A stretch of DNA of 64,000 nucleotides from Phycisphaerae bacterium. Lineage in GTDB: Bacteria; Planctomycetota; Phycisphaerae; UBA1845. Numbering within the stretch: the first letter of the stretch is position 1; each line of letters starts with the position of its first letter. Of the stretch, positions 27,047-36,841 are shown one piece after another. Both the position numbers and the translations under genes were made by a program. The stretch lies in contig JAJDDW010000010.1 in assembly GCA_029260115.1 (NCBI GenBank), positions 695 through 64,694 on the forward strand, given 5' to 3'. The notes below the pieces were generated by a model. That model was not told the DNA's origin. It saw nothing but the letters and a program-made list of their open reading frames with translations, and ran no database searches.

Positions 27047-28050
27047 TGGCTGTCCGCATCGCGGTGGACGCGATGGGAGGCGATTTCGCGCCTCATGCCA
27101 TAGTCCAGGGCGTGGTTCTTGCCACGTCCGAACATCCCGATATAGAGGTGCTACTCGTCGGCGAGGAAACGTCTATCGAGGCATCGCTCGCCTCCGAGCC
27201 TACCGATTTCGATCGGTCCCGTATAGTCATCATTCATACTGATGAAGTCATTCCTATGGACGCCGCGCCAGTCGAGGCCCTACGTAAGTATAAAAATGCC
27301 TCCATGGTTCGCATGGCCGCATTATGCAAGCAGGGGGAAGCCGATGCCATGATAAGCGCCGGCAATACCGGGGCGCTGGCAGCCATTGCCCAATTGACCC
27401 TAAAACCATTACCGCAGGTGAAAAGACCGGGGATTGCGGTTATCATTCCTTCGTTCCATGGGCCGTTCGTACTTTGCGATGTTGGTGCTAATATACAAGC
27501 TAAGCCGCAGCATTTGCACGAATATGCGATCATGGCTGGCGTGTTTGCGGAGCGCCTATTGGGCATTGAAAAGCCAAGAGTTGCCCTGATTTCCACGGGC
27601 GAGGAAAGTGGAAAAGGCACTGGGCTGATCAAACAAACTTTTGAGATTTTGTCACAGGATTCGTCTTTGAATTTTGTGGGCAACGCCGAAGGACGCGAGC
27701 TGTTTGAAGACCGTTGTGATGTGGCGATTTGCGATGGTTTTGTGGGTAATATCATCCTCAAATTCGTCGAAGGCTTAGCCGAGGGTTTTGTGCGGACGAT
27801 TAAGCGAGAAGTTGAGGACGAACCAGAGGAAATACGAGGAAAATTTCTCAGCGCTATTGACCGCGTGTGGGCCAGGCACGATTACAGTCTTTATGGCGGA
27901 GCGCCTTTGCTTGGTATCAATGGCGTTTGTATCATCTGTCATGGCCGAAGTAACCAATATGCGGTTTCTAACGCGATAGGCGTCGCGAAACAGTTTGTCG
28001 AGCGAGACATCAACGGCGCGTTGGTCAAAAGACTGTCGCTAGCCAACTAA
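27046..28050 (+). CDS. plsX: Phosphate acyltransferase PlsX
   Basis: IAVDAMGGDFAP, SAGNTGA and the overall length match PlsX. TAATG overlap with rpmF. Confidence 0.95.
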   Translation: MAVRIAVDAMGGDFAPHAIVQGVVLATSEHPDIEVLLVGEETSIEASLASEPTDFDRSRIVIIHTDEVIPMDAAPVEALRKYKNASMVRMAALCKQGEADAMISAGNTGALAAIAQLTLKPLPQVKRPGIAVIIPSFHGPFVLCDVGANIQAKPQHLHEYAIMAGVFAERLLGIEKPRVALISTGEESGKGTGLIKQTFEILSQDSSLNFVGNAEGRELFEDRCDVAICDGFVGNIILKFVEGLAEGFVRTIKREVEDEPEEIRGKFLSAIDRVWARHDYSLYGGAPLLGINGVCIICHGRSNQYAVSNAIGVAKQFVERDINGALVKRLSLAN

Positions 28051-28060
28051 AGGTTTTTCA

Positions 28061-29053
28061 ATGACCAAATCTTTGCCGATTTGTATTCTTGGTACAGGCT
28101 CCTACGTACCCGAGGGCATTCGCGACAACCAATATTTTGAAAAAATCTTAGACACTTCAGACGAATGGATTGTCACCCGCACAGGGATCCGCACTAGGCA
28201 TTACGCAGCCGAGGACCAAGCGACTTCCGATTTGGCGGCCATAGCAGGTAAAAGAGCTTTAGAAGATGCCGGTCTGACAGTCGACGACATTGACATCATC
28301 ATTGTCGCCACAGCTACAGGCGACCATCAGTTTCCTGCTACCGCCGCAATAGTCCAAGACAAAATCGGCGCGAAGAACATCCCCGCTTTCGACGTTAGCG
28401 CCGCTTGTGCCGGCTTCCTATATGCAAGTATTACCGCATCAAGTTTTCTTAGCTCGGGTATGTATAAAAGGGCTTTAGTGATTGGGGCAGAGGCGCTTTC
28501 AAGATTTGCCAACTGGACGGACCGCACAACAGCCGTCTTGTTTGGAGACGCTGCCTCTGCTGCGGTTTATGGTATCGGAGAAGACCCTGACAGCTCGATG
28601 TTATACTACAATTTGGGTTGCGACGGTTCTCGGTCCCATCAAATTTGGGTACCGGCAGGCGGGTCACGACGACCGGCGGCGCATGATACAGTAGACGAAC
28701 ACTTGCATACACTGCATATGAAAGGCCGAGAGGTCTACAAGTTTGCGGTAGTTAAGATGCAACAAATTATCGACGATGCCTTAGGCTCAGCCAATCTCAC
28801 ACCAAACGATTTAGCCTTGGTTATTCCGCATCAGTCCAATCTACGCATTATTGAATCCGTGCGGGAAAAAATGGGGCTGCCAGCCGAGAAAGTGAGCGTC
28901 AGCATTCAGCGTTACGGCAACACGTCAGCCGCGTCAGTACCCATGGGCCTAGATGAAGCACGTCGAGCAGGCGTAGTCAAAAAGGGCGACATTATCTTGA
29001 TGGTGGCGCTGGGTTCCGGTCTAGTATGGGGCACGATGATTTTTCGGCTCTAA
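28061..29053 (+). CDS. fabH: 3-oxoacyl-ACP synthase III
   Basis: Active-site Cys context (FDVSAACAGFLYA), HQSNLRII and GNTSAASVP. Confidence 0.95.
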   Translation: MTKSLPICILGTGSYVPEGIRDNQYFEKILDTSDEWIVTRTGIRTRHYAAEDQATSDLAAIAGKRALEDAGLTVDDIDIIIVATATGDHQFPATAAIVQDKIGAKNIPAFDVSAACAGFLYASITASSFLSSGMYKRALVIGAEALSRFANWTDRTTAVLFGDAASAAVYGIGEDPDSSMLYYNLGCDGSRSHQIWVPAGGSRRPAAHDTVDEHLHTLHMKGREVYKFAVVKMQQIIDDALGSANLTPNDLALVIPHQSNLRIIESVREKMGLPAEKVSVSIQRYGNTSAASVPMGLDEARRAGVVKKGDIILMVALGSGLVWGTMIFRL

Positions 29054-29116
29054 AAGTTCTACTCTATATAGCATGTACATTATATCTGATTAATTTAGGC
29101 GTATGAAGATAAAGCA

Positions 29117-30058
29117 ATGAGTAAATCGGCCATTATATTTCCGGGGCAGGGATCACAAATCGTTGGCATGGGCCGCGATGTTTTTGAGTCCAGTGCTCGG
29201 GCTAAAGAGATTTTCAACGTGGCCAATGACGTCCTTGGCATTAATCTCACAGCCCTGTGTTTTGAAGGGCCAGCGGAAAAGCTCGAACCAACCGACATTC
29301 AGCAGCCAGCTATCCTAGTGACTAGTGTAGCCATCCTTGAAGCTTTTCGGGAAGCTGGCGGTGATGTCGAGCAGTTTCAACATGCTGGCGGATTGAGTTT
29401 GGGCGAGTATACCGCCCTGCATTTCGCCGGCGCGTTGAGCTTTGCTGATGCGGTCCGTTTGGTGCAGCGTCGTGGCGCGCTTATGCAGGAAGCAGCTGTC
29501 GCCTCTCCTAGCGGGATGGTTACTTTGATTGGCGCGGATGAAGAAAAAGCACAAAATTTATGCGACGCGGCCCGTGGCGATGGCGTTTTGTCGCCAGCTA
29601 ATTACAATTGTCCGGGTCAGATCGTGATTTCCGGTGATCGCGAGGCTTGTGCTCGTGCGGTAGACATGGCTGGTAATGCAGGATGTCGGGCGATTGCCCT
29701 GGCCGTGGCGGGCGCGTTCCATTCGCCATTGATGCAGTCTGCCGCTGATGCACTAAAAGAAATGCTTCAGGCTACAGATTTTCAGACGCCGCGCATTCCG
29801 GTGTTAGCCAATGTGAACGCCAAGAACCATGGCAGTCCGGACGAGATTAGGGATTGGCTATGTCGCCAGGTAACGCAACCGGTGCTTTGGTATAAATCGA
29901 TCCAGCGTTTGCTCGATGAGGGTGTGGATCGATTTGTAGAGGTTGGTCCAGGGCGTGTACTAACGGGCATGATGCGAAAAATAGATCGCAATGCAACGGC
30001 TGTGAATGTGAGTTCGGCCGAGACGATAGAAAAAATTATCAGCGAGCCAGTACAATAA
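29117..30058 (+). CDS. fabD: Malonyl-CoA:ACP transacylase
   Basis: FPGQGSQ, the GLSLGEY active-site Ser motif and AGAFHSPLM. Confidence 0.95.
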   Translation: MSKSAIIFPGQGSQIVGMGRDVFESSARAKEIFNVANDVLGINLTALCFEGPAEKLEPTDIQQPAILVTSVAILEAFREAGGDVEQFQHAGGLSLGEYTALHFAGALSFADAVRLVQRRGALMQEAAVASPSGMVTLIGADEEKAQNLCDAARGDGVLSPANYNCPGQIVISGDREACARAVDMAGNAGCRAIALAVAGAFHSPLMQSAADALKEMLQATDFQTPRIPVLANVNAKNHGSPDEIRDWLCRQVTQPVLWYKSIQRLLDEGVDRFVEVGPGRVLTGMMRKIDRNATAVNVSSAETIEKIISEPVQ

Positions 30059-30099
30059 CGTGGTTGTCACTGCATACGAAATTTCAAATTAAGGAAATC

Positions 30100-30840
30100 A
30101 TGGTAAATCGAACAGCTATTGTCACTGGTGGAAGCCGAGGTATTGGTCGCGCAGCATGCTTAGCACTCGCCGAGCGTGGGGCAGGCGTTTTCGCTTGTGG
30201 ACGAGATAAAGCGGCGTTGCAGGAAGTTTGCGACGAAGCCAAGCGACGAGAGCTATCTGGAACGATAGTGCCAAGTGTGCTCGATGTGACAGACAAAAAT
30301 GCAATCGATTCGTTGGTCGAAAGCGTCAGCGAATCAGCGGGCAAAATAGACATTCTGGTCAATAATGCAGGCATCACACGCGATGGTCTGCTGATGAATA
30401 TGGAAGACGACCAGTTCGAGGATGTCCTGACCACCAATCTGAGATCGGTGTTTTGGATGAGTAGAGCCGTTTCGCGACTCATGGTTCGCAAGCGATATGG
30501 CCGAATTGTGAATGTTGGCAGCATCTCCGGCGTGATGGGGAATGCTGGGCAGACTAATTACGCGGCAAGTAAGGCTGGTTTGATCGGATTTTCAAAATCC
30601 GTAGCTAAGGAATTGGCCAAACGAAACATTACGTGTAATGTGGTCGCTCCGGGGTTCATTGAGACGGACATGACCGCCTCGCTCCCGGAAAAGGTAGTAG
30701 ATGGAGCCAAACAGATTATTCCAATGGCTCGATTCGGAAAAACGGAAGAGGTGGCGGCGGTCATTGCCTTTTTGGCGAGCGAACCGGCATCTTATGTGAC
30801 TGGTCAGGTCGTGGTCATTGACGGCGGTCTGCATATGTAA
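30100..30840 (+). CDS. fabG: 3-oxoacyl-ACP reductase
   Basis: TGGSRGIG, NNAGIT, and YAASKAG with the SDR catalytic Y-x3-K. I chose the ATG at 30100, preceded by AAGGAAA, over the upstream TTG of the track ORF at 30064. Confidence 0.93.
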   Translation: MVNRTAIVTGGSRGIGRAACLALAERGAGVFACGRDKAALQEVCDEAKRRELSGTIVPSVLDVTDKNAIDSLVESVSESAGKIDILVNNAGITRDGLLMNMEDDQFEDVLTTNLRSVFWMSRAVSRLMVRKRYGRIVNVGSISGVMGNAGQTNYAASKAGLIGFSKSVAKELAKRNITCNVVAPGFIETDMTASLPEKVVDGAKQIIPMARFGKTEEVAAVIAFLASEPASYVTGQVVVIDGGLHM

Positions 30841-30994
30841 CTCCAAGCCTTGGTCAATGGCCATCAGTCGCGGGTAGTAGTTGCCATGCGGAAGTTGGTT
30901 GAGTCGTGCTTGCCCCTTTGGTGGGCATTAGCTACTATTGACATTGGCAGGAGATTGTACTGAAGAAATAAAGCTCTGTCCGGAGGAATCAGGC

Positions 30995-31249
30995 GTGCTT
31001 ACGGCAACCGAAATAGAAGATAAAGTTACTCAGATTGTTAGTGAACAGATGAGTGTCGATAAAGACGAGGTTTCTAAAAACACCTCATTTGTCAACGACC
31101 TCAATGCGGATTCGTTGGATACAGTTGAACTCGTCATGGAATTAGAAGACGAGTTCGATCTGACCATTCCAGACGAGGACGCAGAAAATCTGAAAACCGT
31201 CGGAGAGGCCATCTCCTACATTACGAAACACCTCGAAGGTAATTCCTAG
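30995..31249 (+). CDS. acpP: Acyl carrier protein
   Basis: The [17 protein letters not shown] phosphopantetheine-Ser motif. I chose the GTG at 30995, preceded by GGAGG at 30982-30986. The track ORF starts further upstream, at 30938. Confidence 0.9.
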   Translation: MLTATEIEDKVTQIVSEQMSVDKDEVSKNTSFVNDLNADSLDTVELVMELEDEFDLTIPDEDAENLKTVGEAISYITKHLEGNS

Positions 31250-31267
31250 CGGTAGATAGAACGACAT

Positions 31268-32509
31268 ATGAATCGACGCGTGGTAGTTACCGGAGTTGGC
31301 GCCGTTACGCCTTTTGGCGTAGGCGTTGATACGTTCTGGGATGCGCTTATCGAGGGAAAGAGCGGCTTGTCAATGAACACGCTCTTCGACCTCGAAGGGT
31401 ATTCTGTGCTTATTGGTGGTCAAATTCCCAATTTTGATCCCACGGATCATATTGAGCGCAAGGCCGTCAAACGTCTTGATCGCTATGCCCAATTCGCGAT
31501 GATCGCCATGGAAGAGGCGTTCAAAAAAACCGCATTGGACATGTCGAAAGTAGACTTATATCGCGCAGCTGTCATTTTCGGCTCTGGTATCGGCGGTATG
31601 AACGAGCTTGAGTCGCAAGCTTTGAGACTACTAACGAAGGGACCTAGCAAGGTCTCAGCGTTCACTATTCCCAAGTTAATGGTCAACGCGGCTAGCGGTA
31701 ATATCTCGATTGCGTACGGCGCCCGCGGGGAAAGCATCGCGGTCAGCACGGCCTGTGCATCTGCCACGAACGCTATGGGGGCAGCCCTGGAGTACATTCG
31801 TCGGGATAAGGCAGATGTTGTCTTCACTGGCGGTGCGGAAGCAGCCTTGTCGCCACTAGCTTTAGCGGCATTCGCTGCGATGAAAGCGTTGAGTCAACGA
31901 AACGATGATCCGCAACATGCTTCTCGCCCGTTTGATCGTGACCGGGACGGCTTCGTATTATCCGAAGGGGCTGGGGCGGTTATTTTCGAAGAGTTGGAAC
32001 ATGCGAAACGCCGTGGTGCGGATATCCAAGCTGAGGTAATCGGCTTCGCTTCAACTTCTGACGCGGAGCATATTACCCAACCATGTGAAGACGGTCGCGG
32101 GGCGGCTGAGGCGATGCAAAAAGCGATCGCGGATGCAGGCATCAGCCCTGCAGATGTGCAATATATCAATGCTCACGGCACGAGCACGCCGCTCGGCGAC
32201 GTAGCAGAGACTTTGGCGATCAAGAAGGTGTTTGGCGAGCACGCATACAAACTCGTCGTGAGCAGCACGAAAAGCTCTGTAGGGCATTCCCTGGGTGCCA
32301 GTGGTGGGATTGAGCTAATCGCGACGATGCTCGGCATGCAGCAGCGGGTGGTGCCGCCTACGATTAATCTGGAAAACCCGGATAAGCAGTGCGATTTAGA
32401 TTACTGCCCCAATACCGCCAGGGATATGAATTACGATATCTCGATCAACAACTCCTTCGGTTTCGGCGGCCATAACGCCTGTATGGTATTGAAAACTTTC
32501 AAAGGCTAA
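31268..32509 (+). CDS. fabF: 3-oxoacyl-ACP synthase II
   Basis: Active-site Cys (AVSTACASATNA), HGTSTPLGD and NSFGFGGHN. Confidence 0.95.
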   Translation: MNRRVVVTGVGAVTPFGVGVDTFWDALIEGKSGLSMNTLFDLEGYSVLIGGQIPNFDPTDHIERKAVKRLDRYAQFAMIAMEEAFKKTALDMSKVDLYRAAVIFGSGIGGMNELESQALRLLTKGPSKVSAFTIPKLMVNAASGNISIAYGARGESIAVSTACASATNAMGAALEYIRRDKADVVFTGGAEAALSPLALAAFAAMKALSQRNDDPQHASRPFDRDRDGFVLSEGAGAVIFEELEHAKRRGADIQAEVIGFASTSDAEHITQPCEDGRGAAEAMQKAIADAGISPADVQYINAHGTSTPLGDVAETLAIKKVFGEHAYKLVVSSTKSSVGHSLGASGGIELIATMLGMQQRVVPPTINLENPDKQCDLDYCPNTARDMNYDISINNSFGFGGHNACMVLKTFKG

Positions 32510-32517
32510 ATCAAGCC

Positions 32518-32553
32518 AAATTTCGTTGGCTGCGCCCCAGCAGATCGAAATTT
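32518..32553 (+). terminator. Stem-loop after the fab cluster
   Basis: AAATTTCG (32518-32525) pairs with CGAAATTT (32546-32553), with an inner CTGC/GCAG helix. It starts 9 nt after the fabF stop. No U tract. Confidence 0.35.
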
Positions 32554-32640
32554 ACCCCTGAATAAAACCAAATAATACACTGCGTCCTATAATCGTATCG
32601 CACGACGTTAAGGTACGGAGGCTATCCAGACGATATCTCA

Positions 32641-33027
32641 GTGAATATGGGATTATCGCAAGCTGACATTAACGCACTGTTTCCGGGAGAAGAGGTGGAG
32701 GTCGAAGCGCCTTTGACTGTGTCACCTCCGCCACCTGTCGCGCCTACACCGCCAGTTGTGCGCACCAACGACGTGCGGCGAATTCTACGCTTAAATGTAC
32801 CTCTTACTGTCGTGCTGGTTGAACGAGATATGCCCATCGAGCACATATTGGGTATGCGGGTGGGAACTATCATCGAGTTCGACGTTTCGTTTGATTCCGA
32901 GTTACGTCTTTTTGCCGCAAACCAAGCTATTGGTGCCGGGCACGCGGTAAAGGTAGCTGAGTCATTCGGTATTCGTCTGACGAAAACACTCACCGTAGAA
33001 GACCGAATCAAAGCGTTAGGCCATTAA
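32641..33027 (+). CDS. fliN: FliN/SpoA-domain flagellar switch-like protein with an N-terminal LSQxxIxAL peptide
   Basis: The C-terminal block LNVPLTVVLVERDMPIEHILGMRVGTIIEFD...GAGHAVKVAESFGIRLTK matches the FliN/SpoA fold pattern. The N-terminus MGLSQADINALF resembles the FliM/FliY CheY-P binding peptide, and a Pro-rich linker follows. The start is either GTG 32641 or ATG 32647. Confidence 0.75.
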   Translation: MNMGLSQADINALFPGEEVEVEAPLTVSPPPPVAPTPPVVRTNDVRRILRLNVPLTVVLVERDMPIEHILGMRVGTIIEFDVSFDSELRLFAANQAIGAGHAVKVAESFGIRLTKTLTVEDRIKALGH

Positions 33028-33094
33028 TATTCCATCACATATCGCCGCCGCTTATCGCCCTTAATCCTATATCCCGAATACCACAAGCGAAATC

Positions 33095-34336
33095 CTATTT
33101 GTCATCTTGGTTGTTGCGCATTCGCTCTAACCAGGCTAGTGCTTGCTGGCGATCTTTGACTTTTTCGTTTAGCTGTGCTCGATATAGCGAGGACAGTAGC
33201 CTTCCGAGCTGTGGGCCAGCATTTACGCCTAGCGATTTGAGGTCGTCGCCTGTAAGAAGTGGCGGGGGGGCAACAGCTGACTTCTCAATGTGTCGTGTGT
33301 TTTCAATTAGTTCGTCATAGACGCTCATGGCCTGGCCGCTAGCGCTCACCTCGGCATTTAGCAATATGACAAGCTCAGGCCAGCGCGGGTGTGCCATGAG
33401 CAGTTTCAAATCAGCCAGTTCTAAACGACGTGAATGGGCCGCTTCTGGCAACGAACCGATGAGCCATGAAATGTCGCTGGTTAGCCGATTGCTCAGGCGT
33501 AGCTCATGGCAAACTTGATTCACGATAGTCCGCGGTAGATGACACAACACCGCCGCGAATGCCAGGGATACTGGGATTTCTTCGTCTGGCAAAAAAGATA
33601 ATCGCGAGAGGGCGGTACGGTCAGCCGACAGATCATCCGACCAACTGGTTGCGAGATACCCGCGTAGACCGGCATCAATAAGCCACTGCCAGCCGCAGCC
33701 TCTCGAGGGGGCGGCGAGAATGGCTTCAAGCTCCATCGCGATGCGCTCCGCGCTAATGGCTCTAAGCTTAGGGGCTAGCTGTTTGATTTGTGATAGGGTA
33801 TCGGGATGAACGTCAAAACCCAGCCGAGCGGCAAACCTCACGGCCCGCAGCATCCGCAGATGGTCCTCTGCAAAGCGCTTTGTTGGCTCACCGATTGTAC
33901 GTAACAGCTTGTTTCGTAAATCTTCCTGCCCACCTACATAATCTATGACCTCATTTTTTTCGGTATCATAGAACAGGCCATTGATCGTAAAATCACGTCG
34001 CTGGGCGTCTTCCTTCGCCGTGGTAAATTCGACCTGTTCTGGGTGTCTTCCATCCAGATAATCGCCATCAGATCGAAATGTTGCTACCTCAATATCGTGG
34101 CGATACTTTCTGACTAAAACGACGCCGAACTGAGCGCCAACAACTCTAGCACGCGGGAACCATTTGCGAACTTGTTCGGGTAGGGCGTCGGTAGCTACGT
34201 CATAGTCCTTTGGCGATAGGCCAAGCAGTTCGTCCCGCACACATCCACCGGCGAGCAGGGCGATGGCCCCCTCCTGACGCAGCTTCGCGATCACCGCGAT
34301 GGCTGCTTGTTTAGCGGTGTGCGTGTGCTGGGGCAT
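33095..34336 (-). CDS. cca: CCA-adding tRNA nucleotidyltransferase / poly(A) polymerase family protein
   Basis: LAGGCVRDELLG...DYDVAT nucleotidyltransferase head, plus RRDFTINGL and ERIxxEL. Confidence 0.88.
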   Translation of the reverse strand: MPQHTHTAKQAAIAVIAKLRQEGAIALLAGGCVRDELLGLSPKDYDVATDALPEQVRKWFPRARVVGAQFGVVLVRKYRHDIEVATFRSDGDYLDGRHPEQVEFTTAKEDAQRRDFTINGLFYDTEKNEVIDYVGGQEDLRNKLLRTIGEPTKRFAEDHLRMLRAVRFAARLGFDVHPDTLSQIKQLAPKLRAISAERIAMELEAILAAPSRGCGWQWLIDAGLRGYLATSWSDDLSADRTALSRLSFLPDEEIPVSLAFAAVLCHLPRTIVNQVCHELRLSNRLTSDISWLIGSLPEAAHSRRLELADLKLLMAHPRWPELVILLNAEVSASGQAMSVYDELIENTRHIEKSAVAPPPLLTGDDLKSLGVNAGPQLGRLLSSLYRAQLNEKVKDRQQALAWLERMRNNQDDK

Positions 34337-34337
34337 G

Positions 34338-34931
34338 CTACTTCTTTTCTCCGGTTTCGCGTTCTAGCATGAGCATGACGTGCGTTCCGTAATTTCGTTG
34401 ATCGTATATATGCCATGTATCAAACACTTCTATAGCTGTTCCCTTTTTCACGTGTAACACCACGAGCTGATTATTTGTTGGATGGGGAGGTATCGCCTGC
34501 AAGCACGTGCAAACTTGGCCAGTATGGGTCAAATCCTGCGACTGGGCGTAGGGTGGATCGAAAAAGAATAAATCGAATGGCTCCATGGCAGAATGTGACA
34601 AAACGGCTGACCATGCATCGCGCCGTTCGATAGTCGTCAAGGATGCCGCGTCGAGTGTGTCGATGTTTTGCTGCAATATTTTGATAACATCTCGTTCGGT
34701 TTCAAAGAAACAACAGCTAGCTACACCTCTTGATAACGCTTCTAGGCCCATAGACCCGCTACCCGCGAATACGTCGGCAACCCGCAGCGGTGGGAGCGAG
34801 CCGGGCAGATCATAGTATACGCCTAATCGATCAAAGACCGCTTGGCGGATACGGTCTGGCATGGGCCTGGTGGTTGTCACCGCAGGCCAAAGAATCTGTC
34901 GCGACCGCCACTGACCTGCAATAATTCTCAT
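34338..34931 (-). CDS. rsmD: 16S rRNA (guanine966-N2)-methyltransferase RsmD
   Basis: MRIIAGQWRSR...TRPMPDRIRQAVFD, the DVFAGSGSMGLEALSRG SAM motif and FFDPPY. Confidence 0.88.
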   Translation of the reverse strand: MRIIAGQWRSRQILWPAVTTTRPMPDRIRQAVFDRLGVYYDLPGSLPPLRVADVFAGSGSMGLEALSRGVASCCFFETERDVIKILQQNIDTLDAASLTTIERRDAWSAVLSHSAMEPFDLFFFDPPYAQSQDLTHTGQVCTCLQAIPPHPTNNQLVVLHVKKGTAIEVFDTWHIYDQRNYGTHVMLMLERETGEKK

Positions 34932-35042
34932 AAGTTCCCTTGCTCGATGTTTGATAACTGATTGCGACGACTAATACTGGCTCTTATAATCGATCCAGCG
35001 AGAATAATTGGCAAGCATTACAATTTATGAAAGATCGTAACC

Positions 35043-35480
35043 ATGGGATCCATCCTCTGTGAACAATGTGCGGCAGCCTGCTGCCGGTATCTGGCCTTAC
35101 CTATTGATAAGCCTACGACACGTCGTGACTATGACGACATGAGATGGTACCTCATGCACGAAGGTGTCACCATATTTGTCGAAGAGGGCGACTGGTATAT
35201 TCAATACGCTACCCGCTGCAAAAACCTTGGTGCAGACAATCTTTGTCAAGTCTATGATAGCCGACCCGAAATCTGCCGCGAATACGAAGCGAAGGATTGC
35301 GATTATAGTGGCGGAAGTAGCGGGTACGAGTATTATTTTACGCACGCGAGCCAAGTGGAGACGTTTTACACAACTAAGACGGGCAAGAAATTGCCGTTAG
35401 ATGCGAGTCCGCCCCAGCGAAAATCTGCGACTAAAGGCAAGAATATGAAAAAGTCTCAGCTTGTTCAGCTAACCGCGTAA
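35043..35480 (+). CDS. YkgJ-family cysteine-cluster protein (CxxCxxCC, UPF0153)
   Basis: CEQCAAACC at the N-terminus and a downstream C...C...C pattern (CKNLGADNLCQVYDSRPEICREY). Confidence 0.75.
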   Translation: MGSILCEQCAAACCRYLALPIDKPTTRRDYDDMRWYLMHEGVTIFVEEGDWYIQYATRCKNLGADNLCQVYDSRPEICREYEAKDCDYSGGSSGYEYYFTHASQVETFYTTKTGKKLPLDASPPQRKSATKGKNMKKSQLVQLTA

Positions 35481-35499
35481 TCGGAACCTAAAAGGCACC

Positions 35500-36006
35500 A
35501 TGGCCCAGCGACACAACCATTACGAGGCTGCTTTCGAAGACTATGTCCGGTCCCGAGGTTGGCCTTACATTCCGGTTGATGAGCAAAAGAAGGCCATATT
35601 TTCCGGCGCTCGCGTGAAATCTTTTGATTTTCTCGTCTATCGCCCGGGAAAAATTGCTTGGCTCGCGGATATTAAAGGACGAAAATTTCCGTATGAAGGC
35701 GTGAGTGGCAAACGGTACTGGGAAAACTGGGTGACCGAGCTTGATATTGACGGCCTAAAACAATGGGATAAAGTTTTTGGTGATGGCTTTGAGCCAGGCT
35801 TCGTATTCGCATATTGGCTGGTAGGCCCGGAGTGCGAAGCTGCAGGATTGGATAGCCATCTATTCAAGGCTCGATATTACGCCTTTGCGTGGATTTCAGC
35901 CCAACAATACGCGCAACATGCTCGGGCACGTTCTTCTAGCTGGGGAACGGTGTCCATGCCCACTCGCGATTTTCGAAAAATGATTCAGCCGCTGCAAGAT
36001 GCCTGA
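35500..36006 (+). CDS. HYExAFE-motif protein with a PD-(D/E)xK nuclease-like core
   Basis: The N-terminus HNHYEAAFEDYV carries the eponymous motif. FDFLVY...LADIKGRK fits a D...(D/E)-x-K restriction-endonuclease-fold signature. Confidence 0.65.
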   Translation: MAQRHNHYEAAFEDYVRSRGWPYIPVDEQKKAIFSGARVKSFDFLVYRPGKIAWLADIKGRKFPYEGVSGKRYWENWVTELDIDGLKQWDKVFGDGFEPGFVFAYWLVGPECEAAGLDSHLFKARYYAFAWISAQQYAQHARARSSSWGTVSMPTRDFRKMIQPLQDA

Positions 36007-36283
36007 TCACGCGCCGCGCGGTATAGAGTATGAGGCTAAACAGCCTACATGAGTAAACCGCCGCTTGAGCCCGAGCGGGGGATAAGTTTGGCCTTAAGCC
36101 GCCGTTCCGTCCTTCCCACGCAGGTGGGAATCCAGTGCGAATTTACGAATGGTGGTGTGTGTCTAGCAAGGCTTTTTGGATATATATCAGCGATTGAACA
36201 GCGCTCTTTACCTTACATTTGCTGGTAACTACAATGGTCTGTGTGGGATAAGCGGGTTTTTGTACTATTTGCGAGGACTATTC

Positions 36284-36466
36284 ATGGCACGCGCTCTCTT
36301 GGTTTTGCTTATGGTTCATGCCGCCGCGTCGCAAGCGTTGGCACAAGTGCCAGCTCCGCTTGATGAGGCGGAGGGCGGCGTAATGACGATGGTCTGGGCG
36401 ATAGGCATTATCATTGTCACTGGCCTGTCATCAGTGATAAATCCAAAACGAACGCACATGACCTAA
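36284..36466 (+). CDS. Small exported / membrane-anchored protein (60 aa)
   Basis: ATG at 36284. Signal peptide MARALLVLLMVHAAASQALAQ, then a C-terminal TM helix (MTMVWAIGIIIVTGLSSVI). The track ORF starts further upstream. Confidence 0.45.
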   Translation: MARALLVLLMVHAAASQALAQVPAPLDEAEGGVMTMVWAIGIIIVTGLSSVINPKRTHMT

Positions 36467-36516
36467 TACTCAAAATGTTTGGTTAGGGCTACATTTCATA
36501 AAAGAAAGGTTTTTCT

Positions 36517-36819
36517 ATGCTCAATAAGAAATCTGTCATTGTCGCCTTGGTTGGCTTAAACATGGTATTGTTGCTGCTGCTGTTAGTACAGACCGGTACG
36601 TTGGCCTTGCCACGTGCGATGGCTTTAGCTGGTGGAAAAGCGGGAAACGTAGCCGTAGTCACCGCAAAGCCGTCTGGTCAATCTTTCGATGTGGTTTATG
36701 TTGTGGATCAAGCCACCGACCAACTTATCGCCTTTGCCCCAGTTAATATCCAAAATGGACAATATAAACACTTGGGCACGCGAGACTTAGCTAAAGATTT
36801 TTCTGGAAAGACTAACTAA
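36517..36819 (+). CDS. Small N-terminally anchored protein, paralog A (100 aa)
   Basis: AAAGG lies upstream of the ATG. One N-terminal TM helix, then an about 55 aa beta-rich module that aligns with the next gene. Confidence 0.6.
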   Translation: MLNKKSVIVALVGLNMVLLLLLLVQTGTLALPRAMALAGGKAGNVAVVTAKPSGQSFDVVYVVDQATDQLIAFAPVNIQNGQYKHLGTRDLAKDFSGKTN

Positions 36820-36841
36820 TCAACGGAAGGGAGCTTCAACT

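Noticed and set aside
36007-36283. Possible structured RNA after the HYExAFE gene: hairpins AGGCT/AGCCT, CCGCT/AGCGG and TTCCCAC-GCAG-GTGGGAA
   Set aside because: The stems are short (5-7 bp). I could not match the region to any RNA family I know (tRNA, tmRNA, SRP, RNase P or common riboswitch cores). It is more simply explained as terminator hairpins plus the promoter of the next gene.
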